This document shows positions 26,561-37,599 of a stretch of DNA of 64,000 bases, piece after piece. The DNA is from Mobula birostris. Its lineage: Eukaryota. Position 1 is the first letter of the stretch. Every line of letters begins with the position of its first letter. The translations under genes and the position numbers were made by a program. Location: NCBI RefSeq assembly GCF_030028105.1, contig NC_092377.1, positions 3,725,079 to 3,789,078 of the forward strand, read 5' to 3'. The notes below the pieces were generated by a model that did not search any database, was not told the DNA's origin, and worked only from the letters and a program-made list of their open reading frames with translations.

Positions 26561-27160
26561 AGGTTTGGCACCTCACTAACCGGTAATCTGTCAACCAGCA
26601 TGTTTTTGGACAGTGAGAGGAAACCATTGTGACCACAGGGAGAGCATGCAAACACTACCCTGACTGCATTGAAGGTCACGGTTCAAACCAGGACACTGGA
26701 ACCGTGAGGCCGCTATTCAGGGCATGAAAGGGTATGGGATGAAAGCAGGGGAGTGGGGATGACTGGAAGAATTGGATCAGCCCAGATTGAATGGCGGAGC
26801 AGACTCGATGGGCCAAATGGCCTACTTCTGCTCCTATATCTTATGGTCTTATGGTTCTACTCACTGTAACATTGTGGGTTGTGAGGTGACTGCTGACACT
26901 CTGCCACTGATGGGGAGGGGAAAATGGTCAGTTCAGGTTGTGTGTTTCTTCCTCTGTTTACACAGACATTTGTACTTTTCCTCTGCATGGACTGAAGGTT
27001 CTAACTGTCTCTCTGTCTCCACTTTGACCAGTCATCTGTCAGTGGCTTCCTTGCAGTCAGTGGGGATGCTGCACTTTACCAGGTGGTTTGAGTACATTCT
27101 CGATTCTCTGTCCTTTGTTCATCTGTAATCTTCACCCATTACAGAGCTCAGAATGGTTTC

Positions 27161-27360
27161 TCAGAAACACAGGAGATGCTGCAGATGCTGGAAATCCAGA
27201 GTAACACACACGACGTGCTGGAGGATCTCAGCAGGTCAGACTGTATCTTTGGAAGTGACTATGGTCCTGATGAAGGGTCTCAGGCTGAATCGTTGACTGT
27301 TTATTCATTTCCGTAGATGCTGCCTGGCCTGCTGAGATCCTCCAGCATTTTGTGTGCGTT
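27161..27360. mobile_element. Foldback Penelope pLTR mini-element with 15-bp TSD
   Basis: GCTCAGAATGGTTTC at 27146-27160 and 27361-27375; inverted arms tgctggaggatctcagcagg / cctgctgagatcctccagca; CTGATGA core at 27267. Confidence 0.75.
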
Positions 27361-29744
27361 GCTCAGAATGGTTTCTGTTTTGATTACGGTACTGGGTTGA
27401 AGAAAGTGTCAAGGGCAGGATGAAAACAGAAAATGTTAGCCATTCTCGGCAGGTCTGTGAGCAGAGACACATTTGAGACCATTTGTCATGACTGGGAAGG
27501 AAGCAATGAGGACTGGTGGAGCTGCCGTGAGGATGAGGGAGAGGGGGTGTCAGTGACTGTTATGTGATCAGTTATTGAGTGGAATCAGTTCGAGAGTGAC
27601 AACGTAGAGAAGAATGTGTGAGTATTGAAATAAAAACCAGAAGCCGTGACTGGGAGCTCAGTCTGTAGCCCCCTGCACTGTTATAATGTAGATCAGAGCA
27701 ATCTTCAGTAACAACACCTCATCTTTCCATTGGGCACATTGCAGCATTCGGGACTCGCAATTGAATTCCACAGCTTAGTGTAACCTGATTTCGCAGTCTG
27801 TCTCTGTCATTCATCTGTGGTATTGGCTCAGCTTTTTGCTTTACTTTACCTTTCAGTCTGGCTTTTTCCCCTCTGGGAGTGGAGGACATGGCCAGTCTAA
27901 TCTGACAGGCATGTCCTCCGCCTCTGGCTTTCACTCTCCGACATTCTTTTTAGACCATTAGACATAGGAGCAGATTTAGGCCATTCAGCCCATTGAGTCT
28001 ACTCTGCTATTCCATCATGGCTGATTTATTATCCCTCTCAGCCCCTTTCTCCAGCCTATTCCCTGTAACATAGAAACATAGAAAACCTACAGCACAATAC
28101 AGGCCCTTCGGCCCACAAAGTTGTGCCCAACATGTCCCGACTTTAGAAATCTCATAACCTTTGACACCCTGAATAATCAAGAGCCTGTCAACCTCAGCCG
28201 TCCGTAGCAATGAATTCCACAGATTTATCACCTTCTGGCTAAAGAAATTCCTCTACATCTCTGTCCTAAATGGACGTCTCTGTTTTGAGAATGTGCCCTC
28301 TGGTCCTCGACTCTCTCACTATTCTCTGTATTATTTTGTTTTCTGTTCTCGCTCATTGATTAGGAGAAATAGGAGATCACAGCAGGCCAGCCAGCATCCA
28401 TGGAGGCAGAAGGATCATGATCCTGCACAGCTCTGTCAATACCGAGAGGAGATGCTGGTCTGTAGCAGAGAGGGGTGGGGGTGAATGTGAGACAGTGGCT
28501 GGTAGGGAAAGCTGGAACCTGATGAGAAGGAAAGTGATGAACAGGTGGAGGAGAAGGAGAGGTGGAGATGGGAGAAGGGTAGAGAGAGACAAGGAGAGAT
28601 GGAAAGGACAGGTGGAGAGAGTGTAACTACACTGGTCCAATGAAATAATGGCCACGCATCATACAGATGTCCTTGAAGATTTATTTTATTTCCCTTTCTC
28701 TTTCTTCAGCAGACACCGTGAAAACTAAGAAAATAAAAGACAAACGGTTTGAAACACACATCTCTCAGTCTAAAGTCTCTCATGCTAGTGTCTGCCAATA
28801 AACAGCCCCAAAACGTCAGCACAACAGAAGTGTGCTGAAATCAAATAAAATCACTGAAAACGTATCACTCTGTCCATGTAAAGGCACATCAACAACATTA
28901 TACACAATATAAAACAAATAAAAAACAATTATTGTATGTGCCTCTTAGACCACATGCAGAATAAGATTATTTTAGGGCCATATGTCTTTCTGTGCCTCCA
29001 TGTTGGTTCTGACCCATAATGCCACAGTCACGCTCTTATTAAACTCTGGTCATGTGATCGTTACATTCTACATTAAATAAAACCTTACATAAAAAGCACA
29101 AAATTTTTAATCAAACATTATTTTAAAAACATATAAAATAAACATCTCAATGAAACGTCTCTGAGACAGTTACAGAGAGTGGTAGGTAGAGGTGGTGACA
29201 GATTGAGACTGCACACACTGGAATCTGATCATCATCATCACAATATGCCATGTCGTATGACGTGGGCGATCATGATCTATGACAATCATTGTTCTTGGAA
29301 AGTTTTCTACAGAAGTGATTTGCCATTGCCTTCTTCTGGGCAGTGTCTTTACAAGATGGGTGAACCCAGCCATTATCAATACTCTCCAGAGACTGTCTGC
29401 CTGGCATCAGTGGTCACATAACCAGGAGCTGTGATATGCACCAGTTGCACATACGACCATTCACCACCTGCTCCCCGGCTGCTCGTGACGCTGATCAGGG
29501 TGGGGGGCTAAGCGGGTGCTACACATTGACCACAGGGATGGAGGACCTTCATTCTGCCCCAAATGCCAGTGGTGTAATGGGCAGGAAGTGGGTACGGTGA
29601 GCAAGTCCACCTTGTCCAGGCTAGCAAGGGGAGGAGCACCTTACGCCTCCTTTGGTAGAGACGTATCACCACCTGCCACCCGGAATCTGATAAGGAAGGG
29701 AACAGCGGAGGAATTATGTGTAGATAGAACTTTTATTTGAATTT

Positions 29745-30040
29745 ATTTATTTATTGAGATACAACGTGGAATAGGCCCTTCGGCCTTTGACCCGCACCAC
29801 CCAGTGATCCCCTGACTTAATCTGAGCCTAATCTCAGGACAATTTACAATCACCAATTAACCTCACAACTGGTATGTCTTTGGACTGTGGGAAGAAACTG
29901 GAACACCCGGAGGAAATCTACGCAATCATTGGAATAATGTACAAACTTCTATCAGCAGCAGTGGGAATTGAACCCACACCGCAGGTACTGAAAGGCATTG
30001 TACACTACTGGTACTGAAAAGCATTGTACACTACTGTGCC
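29745..30040 (-). mobile_element. V-SINE (HE1-like)
   Basis: Reverse complement of the V core (tgtgggaagaaactggaacacccgg). Confidence 0.7.
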
Positions 30041-30455
30041 AACCTAAACTCGTCAGGGGAAAGAGGTAGGACACCCAGAAGTTTAAGTTTGTGTGAGACA
30101 GGCAGGTGGGTGACAGGAATGGAACTGGGTAACGGGTCTGGATGGAGTGAGAGACGGTATGAGTATGAAAAGCAGGCAGGAAGGTGGTGGGGTTGGGTTA
30201 TCAGAAACTGGAAAATTCTATGTCCATATCATTGGGCTATAATATCCAGTCAGGATCTCAGATTGAAAAGCAATATTCCAAAAAATTGTTGTCAGATGTG
30301 TTCAAGAAAACTAAAAGATTTAAGATCTGGAAGACGTTTAGAAATAAGCACATTGTAGCTTAAAGAAATGAATTTACAAACTTGTTGTCCTGGCCCATAC
30401 ATGCTCAATTCCTCCAGAACTAGAAATCAGTTCACATTGTGTAAACTGAACTTAC

Positions 30456-30811
30456 TAATGACAATGCGCCGGTTTCCATTCCCACTGATGTCTCCCCACA
30501 CTCTGCAGTAATAGTCGGCAGAGTCATTGACCTCGACCTTTGTGACGATGAGGATGAAACTGCTCCTGGAGGAGTTCCTGGAGGACTGGAACCTCTCAGT
30601 GAAACCTGGTCTCCTTCGTACGCTCCCTCCTGCCTTGTGTGTTAAGACCCACTCCATGTCCTGCCCGGGTAGCCTCCGATACCAGTGGACATCAGTGTTT
30701 CCCACTCTGGCGTTCTTCATGGTGCACCATAACCGTGCCGATTGCCCCTCGGTGATGCTCTCCTGACTTGAGGACTGGATCAGGACAGGATCAGGACTGG
30801 AGGATTGGCAA
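30456..30811 (-). CDS. Ig V-set exon with a J-like G strand (antigen-receptor-like, non-rearranging)
   Basis: CQSSSPDPVLIQSSSQESITEGQSARLWCTMKNARVGNTDVHWYRRLPGQDMEWVL...DSADYYCRVWGDISGNGNRRIVI: B-strand Cys, WY, DxAxYYC and a GxG G strand. Acceptor ccctttaaag, donor A|gtaagt, no RSS heptamer. Confidence 0.9.
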
Positions 30812-31007
30812 CTTTAAAGGGAAGATATCAATTACCTTAAAAATCTTTCTGCATAGCTACATCTAAAAGAGTAAACAGATTGAAATATTAAATTTTTAGA
30901 ATTGTTTCAGCTGCACTGTATGATGCAAATGGAAGCACTTTGCTGAGAATTATTAATTGTACAGAAATGGCTTTTATCGTGTTTAAAAGCATTAGTGTTG
31001 TGCTTAT

Positions 31008-31240
31008 GCAACACACATCAATGTTGCTGGTGAACGCAGCAGGCCAGGCAGCAACTCTAGGAAGAGGTACGGTCGACGTTTCAGGCTGAGACCCTTCATC
31101 AGGAAGGTCCTGACGAAGGGTCTCGGCCTGAAACGTGGACTGTACCTCTTCCTAAAGATGCTGTCTGGCCTGCTGCGTTCACCAGCAACTTTGATGTGTA
31201 TTGCTTGAATTTCCAGCATCTGCAGGATTCCTCGTGTTTG
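31008..31240. mobile_element. Foldback Penelope pLTR mini-element with two opposed hammerhead cores and 14-bp TSD
   Basis: AGTGTTGTGCTTAT at 30994-31007 and 31241-31254; long near-perfect inverted repeat; cores at 31096-31102 (-) and 31110-31116 (+). Confidence 0.8.
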
Positions 31241-31309
31241 AGTGTTGTGCTTATTGTCCTCTGCACAAGTATGTATCAGGACAGATGCAATGAAACGCTT
31301 GCAGATCAG

Positions 31310-32730
31310 GCACAGAGCATCAGATAGGCAGCCAGGGCCCCTGCAATTTCAACACTAGTCTCCTTCAAGGTCCGAGGGAATACTCTGTCAGGTCCTGGGG
31401 ATTTATCCACTTTAATTTGCCTCAAGGTAGCAAGCACCTCCTCCTTTTCAATCTGTACAGTTTCCATGATCTCACTACTTGTTTCCCTTAATTCCATAGA
31501 CTTCATGCCAGTTTCCTTAGCAAACACAGATGCAAAAAACCCACTTAAGATCTCCCCCATTTCCTTTGGTTCCGCACACAGCCGACCACTCTGATCTTCA
31601 AGAGGACCAACTTTATTCCTTACAATCCTTTTGCTCTTAATATACCTGTAAAAGCTCTTTGGATTATCCTTCACTTTGACTGCCAAGGCAACCTCATGTC
31701 TTCTTTTAGCCCTCCTGATTGCTTTCTTAAGTATTTTCTTGCACTTTTTATGCTCCTCAAGCACCTTATTTACTCCCTGTTCCTATACATGTCATACAAC
31801 TCTCTCTTCTTCTTTATCAGAGTTGCAATATCCCTTGAGAACCAAGGTTCCTTATTCCTATCTACTTTGCTTTTAATCCTGACAGGAACATACAAGCTCT
31901 GCACTCTCAAAATTTCTCCTTTGAAGTCTTCCCACCTACCAAGCACATCTTGCCAGAGAACAACCTGTCCCAATCCACGCTTTTTAGATCCTTTCTCATT
32001 TCTTCAAATTTGGCCTTCTTCCAGTTCAGAACCTCAACCCTAGGACCAGACTTATCCTTGTCCATGATCAAGTTGAAACTAATGGTTTTATGATCACTGG
32101 AACCAAAGTGCTCCCCTACACACACTTCCGTCACTTGTCCTAACTCGTTTCCTAACAGGAGATCCAATATTGCATCCCCTCTAGTTGGTACCTCTATATA
32201 TTGATTTAGAAAACTTTCCTGAACACATTTTTCAAACTCTAAACCATCTAGACCCCTAACAGTATGGGAGCCCCAACCAATATATGGAAAATTAAAATCC
32301 CTTACCACCACAACTTTATGTTCCCTCAGTTGCCTGCTAGCTTTCTGCAGATTTGCTCTTCCAATTCTTGCTGACTATCGGGTGGTCTGTAATACAATCC
32401 CACTAATGTGGCCATACCTTTCCTGTTTCTCAGCTCCACCCATAAGAACTCAGTAGACAAGCCCTCTAATCTGTCCTGCCTGAGCACTGCTGTAATATTT
32501 TCCCTGACAAGCAATGCTACTCCCCCACCTTTCATTCCTCTGCCTCGATCACATCTGAAACATCGGAACCCTGGAATATTAAGCTGTCAGTCCTGCCCCT
32601 CCTGTAGCCAAGTTTCACTAATTGTTATAACGTCATAATTCTATGTGTCAATCCATGCCCTCAACTCGTCTGCCTTCCCCGCAATACTCCTAGCATTGAA
32701 ATATATACACCTCAGAAGATACTAAACATA
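31310..32730 (-). mobile_element. CR1 subfamily A, endonuclease to RT start
   Basis: ORFs 31306-31764, 31907-32311 and 32326-32535. Confidence 0.9.
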
Positions 32731-32943
32731 GCTCTTTTTCCTACACAATGTCCATAACCAGCAAAGTTGTATAAGACATTGGTGAGGTTTAATTTGGAGT
32801 ATTGCGTGCAGTTTTGGTCCCCTACCTACAGGAAAGATGTAAATATGGTTAAAAGATGGACTGGAGGACCTGAGTGAAAAGGAAAGATTGAACAGGTTTG
32901 GACTTTATTCGCTGGAAAATACAAGTTTGTATCTGAGACTTAC

Positions 32944-32972
32944 AGTAGTTGTAGGAGGGGCAAGCCTGGCAG
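32944..32972 (-). CDS. Candidate 29-nt leader exon (LPGLPLLQLL), phase 0 to 2
   Basis: Consensus donor CT|gtaagt; phase 2 matches the V exon acceptor, giving the signal-peptide-like LPGLPLLQLLLCQSSS. No upstream ATG exon was found. Confidence 0.35.
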
Positions 32973-33018
32973 CTTATTATTCCAAACAGGGAAAATGTTA
33001 TGGCAGTGCTCAGTCAGG

Positions 33019-33914
33019 TGTTACGGCATCAGCAACAATGAATATAGAATTGAGTCAAGTTTTAGAAACAAACATAAATATTTATTAAACTCTGCTCAAC
33101 AATAGTGAGAAGTATTCAAACGACTAACTTAACCAAAAGTTAACTGCTACACGGCAACTCTAGAACAGTTCTTAAAAGGGTAAATTTGAAAACAATTCTT
33201 AAAGTGGTAAATTCGAACACAGTCTTAAAATGGTAAATTCGCAAGTCCAAGTGATTTTCACAGTCAATAAGGAGAGACTTCTCTGGAACTGGATTTCTTC
33301 GAAGATGTGATGTTACTGCTGATTCTCCAAAGGATTCACGACGAAGGAAATAAAACAGCTTAAAGGAACTGACCTTTTTCTGGCGAGTGAACACTGCACA
33401 AACTTCCCAGCTCTTGCAGGAGTATCTCAGATACAGGTTACTATTTCTGAATGAAGTCCCAATAAGGTCGATCCTTTATAAAACGACAAATGACTCCAAC
33501 TTTATTCGATCCTTCAGGTTCCCGTACTTTAGTAAGGTCTTCACTCTCCAATACTACTGTAAGGGTAAATCAAAGATACACCAAACAAAGCTGGCAGCGA
33601 TTGGTGAAACTGCCGGCACAACGATTTTACCTTACAATAGAAAGTAGAACTCCACTTTAAAACGAAACTGTGTTGTGAGACGAATACGCAGCATAATGGA
33701 GTAACTGACGAACTAAACTAAAACTAAACTGAAACTAGCCACGTCATAATAGGGTTTCCCTTTATACCTGTTGGGAACATGTCATCATGGGAGCTCACAC
33801 TGGCAGGAAAATTACATCACCCCACCATCACAAAACCTTTACATCATGCTAACAAGATACTCAATCACATCATGGTCATAAGACAGTCACAAGATGCCGA
33901 TGAGGTATGTAGCA
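33019..33914 (-). repeat. 3' LTR of Gmr1-like element A
   Basis: On the minus strand it starts TGCTACA right after the polypurine tract GGAGGGAGG (33915-33923) and ends CGTAACA. Confidence 0.8.
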
Positions 33915-36800
33915 CCTCCCTCCAAAAAAGGAAAATTTTGTTCTTTTATGAGCAAAATTTTAAGAACTATTTACACAAAAAATACAAATGTATAAAATCT
34001 ACAACATACACAATATACACAGTATTATGATACAGAACCTTGCAAAATAATGTACAGTAGGTGTGTTACAAATGTTAAAATACCACTCCATCAAAAAAAA
34101 TTTACATTGTACATTCAACATCTAGGTAGACAGTCAGCAATCACATTATCTTTACCTTTAATATGAGTTATCAAAATATTATACTCCTGTAACATCAAAC
34201 TCCAATTCAGTAACATCTTACTCAAAACCACTAATGGATTATGATCAGTGTAAACTATGAGTGGTTTCTGAGTAATACCAACATACACATCAAAATGTTG
34301 TAAAGCCAAAACAAGAGATAATAATTCCTTTTCTATGGTTGAATAATTTCTTTGATGCAAATTAAATTTCTTAGAAAAGTAAGCTACTAGACGATCAGCC
34401 TCATCACCCTCATCCCTCTGAAGTAACACTACTCCTGCAGCCTCATCACTGGCATCTACAGCTAATGAAAATGGTTTTTTAAAGTCAGGTGACCTGAGCA
34501 CAGGTTGATGACATATCATAGTTTTCAATTTTTCAAATGCCTGCTGAAAAGGCTCCGTCCAAACAAACTTTTCACTTTTCTTCAAGAGATTAGCTAATGG
34601 AAGGGCAACATTAGCAAAATTCTTACAAAATTTACGGTAATCACTTACCATTCCCAAAAATCTTCTTACAGTCTTTTTACCAGTTGGAATGGGAACCTCT
34701 AAAATTGCCTGAACAGGTGCTAATTTTCCTTGATCCACAACATAACCGAGGTAAGTCACTGTGACATGACCAAATTCACTTTTAGCTAAGTTAATAGTTA
34801 AGTTAGCTTTTGAAAGCCATTCAAATAGTTTCTCCACCGCAGTAATATGTGCTTTCCAAGTATCATTTCCTGTAACTAAATCATCAATATAGGCATCTGT
34901 ATCTTTTAACCCCTGAGTTACAGAATTAATCATCTGCTGGAAAGTACCTGGTGCATTCTTCATCCCAAACAGAAGAACATTATATTCATATAACCAGGAT
35001 GGGGTTAGAAATGCAGAAGTCTCGCTACCTCTCTCTGTCAATGGAACACACCAATACCCTTTTAACAAATCAATCTTTGTAAGGAACTTTGCTTTTCCAA
35101 CTTTATCCACACAATCATCTACCCTAGGGAGTGGATACGCTTCAGGTTTTGTCACAGCATTCCCCTTCCTGTAATCTGTACAAAACCGAATACTATTGTC
35201 TGGCTTAGGGACCATAACACACGGTGAACTCCAATTCGAATTAGAAGGTCTAATAATATTATTCTCTAAGATATATTTAATTTCTTGTTCAGCAAGTTCA
35301 CATTTTTCCCTGTTCATCCAATATGGATGTTGCTCTATGTGCTTAGAATCTTCAACATCTACATCATGTGAAACAACTGTGGTTCTTTGAGGAACATCTG
35401 GAAATAAATCCCGATATTTAAAAATTAACTGCCTCATCTGTTTTCTCTGCTCTGGCTGTAAATGAGCTAATTTCTCATCAATATTTTCCAGAATTGTTGA
35501 GCTTGGTAACCTGGCAGAAATAATGTTGGGTTTAAAATGAGTTTCAGATGAATCATCCATTAAGTTCCTGGTGGGAACAGACTCATTATTATTGACTACA
35601 ACAGTCATAGTAGCAGACTGTTTCTCATAATATGGTTTAATCATATTTATATGACAAAGCTGTGTTGGCCTTCTTCGATCTGGTGTTTTTATCACATAAT
35701 CCAAATCATTAACTTTAGATATAATTTCATAAGGACCATGATATTTAGCTTGTATGGGTTTGTTTGCACTGGGAAAAGAATCAACACCTTATCTCCAGGC
35801 TTAAATGACTTCATTCTAGCTTCCTTATCATACCAAGTTTTCATTTTCTCCTGAGCCGATTTTAAATTTTCCTTGGCTAAGCTACAGGATTTATGCAATC
35901 TTGCCTTGAATTTCAAAACATAATCTAGCAAATTAGTATGTACCTCTTTATTAATCCACTGTTCTTTTAACAAGACCAAAGGTACTCTAACTCTATGCCC
36001 AAACACAAGTTCAAATAGGCTACAACCTAATGGTTCCTGCACTGACTCCCATACTGCAAAAAGAAGTAAATGTATGCCCTCATCTCAGTCATTTTCATTT
36101 TCCACACAATACGTGCTAATCATAGTTTTAAGGGTAGAATGAAAACTCTCCAAGGCTCTTTACGGCTGTGGATGGTATGCAGACGAGATAATCTGTTTTG
36201 CTCCCAGTTTATAAACTATCTGCTGGAACAATCCAGACATAAAATTACTACCATGTTAGTAATTTATTATTACTATTATTAATAAATTATTACTATGTTG
36301 GAAATATTTGTTCACCTGTTTCATTAAATAGAGGAGCCAATATAACTTCTTGATGAGCAACAAACAGTTTTCTAGAAACAGAGAACTGATTCTAGGGCTT
36401 TAATTTCTCCATCTCTAGATCAAATTTCCTCTGTTCCTCTGCTTCTCCTTCTTCAAATTCCCTTTTCCTATGGGCTTCTCTAGCTTTGAATTCCTTTTGT
36501 TTATCTGCAGCTTCTAACTGACAACGTTCCAAATCAGCTTCTAATGGCTTTAACTTTATTTGTTCGATATGTAACTGCATCTGTAGATTACTCAGTGGAA
36601 ACATATCTAACACTTCTTCATTCAAAAACACTCAACTCTTTATAGTATGCCACGATTTTTCTCTGAATTGCTGGCTTTGTAAACTTCATAATTCCTTTAA
36701 GGTCTAACCTTCTAGCAGTCTCGGATACATCACCCTTTTTCACCTTCACTAATACCTCCAGGTCTGGCGATCCAATAAACTCGTCAATATTCATTCTTGT
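33915..36800 (-). mobile_element. Gmr1-like Ty3/Gypsy element A internal region: gag N-terminal part, INT C-terminal part, RT and RNase H
   Basis: ORF 34115-35704 has RT (SPCVMVPK, DYRK, YIDD) and RH (VDASD, YSTIEKE, YTDH); INT at 35692-36252 lies upstream of RT; gag at 36295-36790. Confidence 0.9.
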
Positions 36801-36829
36801 TGAATACCACACACAGACTAATCAAACAA

Positions 36830-37250
36830 AAGAATTGGATATCAAAGTTGCTGATGAATGCAGCAGGCCAGGCAGCATCTGTAGGAAGAGGTACAGTCGA
36901 CGTTTCAGGCCGAGACCCCTCGTCAGGACTAACCGAAGGAAGAGCTAGTAAGAAATTTGAATGTGAGAGGGGGAGGAGGAGATCCAAAATGATAGGAGAA
37001 GACAGGAGGGGGAGGGATGGAGCCAAGAGCTGGACAGGTGATAGGCAAAAGGGATACGAGAGGATCATGGGACAGGAGGTCCGGGAAGAAAGACGAGCTG
37101 GGGGGAACCCAGAGGATGGGCAAGGGGTATATTCAGAGGGACAGAGGGAGAAAAAGGAGAGTGAGAGAAATAATGTGTGTATATAAATAAATAACGGATG
37201 GGGTACAAGGGGGAGGTGGGGCATTAGCGGAAGTTAGAGACCTTGTTCCC
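36830..37250 (-). mobile_element. Penelope 3' end and pLTR with an intact minimal hammerhead
   Basis: Reverse-complement match to 62190-62620; hammerhead at 36895-36930. Confidence 0.85.
36895..36930 (-). ncRNA. Minimal type-I hammerhead ribozyme motif
   Basis: AGTC-CTGACGA-G-GGGT(CTCG)GCCT-GAAAC-GTC-GACT: stem I AGTC/GACT, conserved core, palindromic ACGT stem III and GUC cleavage triplet. Confidence 0.7.
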
Positions 37251-37399
37251 GCACCTTGTTCCCATTCCAACCTCACTCCTTCCGAACACTCTGAACCATA
37301 GAACCATAGTCAAAAAAGCTCACTGTACAATTTAACTCTCACGCTGTTCACACCGACTGCACGTTATAACAGCTTGCGCAGTACCAAGCAGAAGCAGAA

Positions 37400-37565
37400 A
37401 AAGCATTGTTGTTGTGGTGTTGTCATGACAACGTTTTAAAATCTCTCCGTTTACCCCATACACACTACGCCGGATATTAAGCGTTTTCAGATTTATTCAC
37501 TCTGGAGAATGTTTTCGAAAATCTCCATTTTTGGGGGCTGAAAACGCCGGCTCAGTGTGGACGGG
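37400..37565. mobile_element. Harbinger/MITE-like fragment
   Basis: cgttttc...gaaaatctccattttt...gaaaacgccggctcagtgtggacgg resembles fish PIF/Harbinger termini; followed by a poly-G run. Confidence 0.4.
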
Positions 37566-37599
37566 GGGGGGGGGGGGGGGGGCAAAAGGAAGAGAAAAA

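Noticed and set aside
26860-26990. Minus-strand exon-like stretch QPELTIFPSPS... ending at a gtgagt donor (C1-like start)
   Set aside because: No good in-frame phase-1 acceptor and no Ig C-domain Cys/Trp pattern; kept only as a weak possibility
27620-27934. ORF with VTLSC and a downstream YRLSSQSRL resembling a C1 domain
   Set aside because: In-frame stop, no C-strand Trp or second Cys, and no splice acceptor
30430-30500. RSS after the V domain (rearranging V segment)
   Set aside because: No CACAGTG heptamer or nonamer follows YYC; the frame runs through a J-like strand to a gtaagt donor
37563-37583. Poly-G run (possible G-quadruplex)
   Set aside because: A simple homopolymer at a TE junction; its length is unreliable in assemblies
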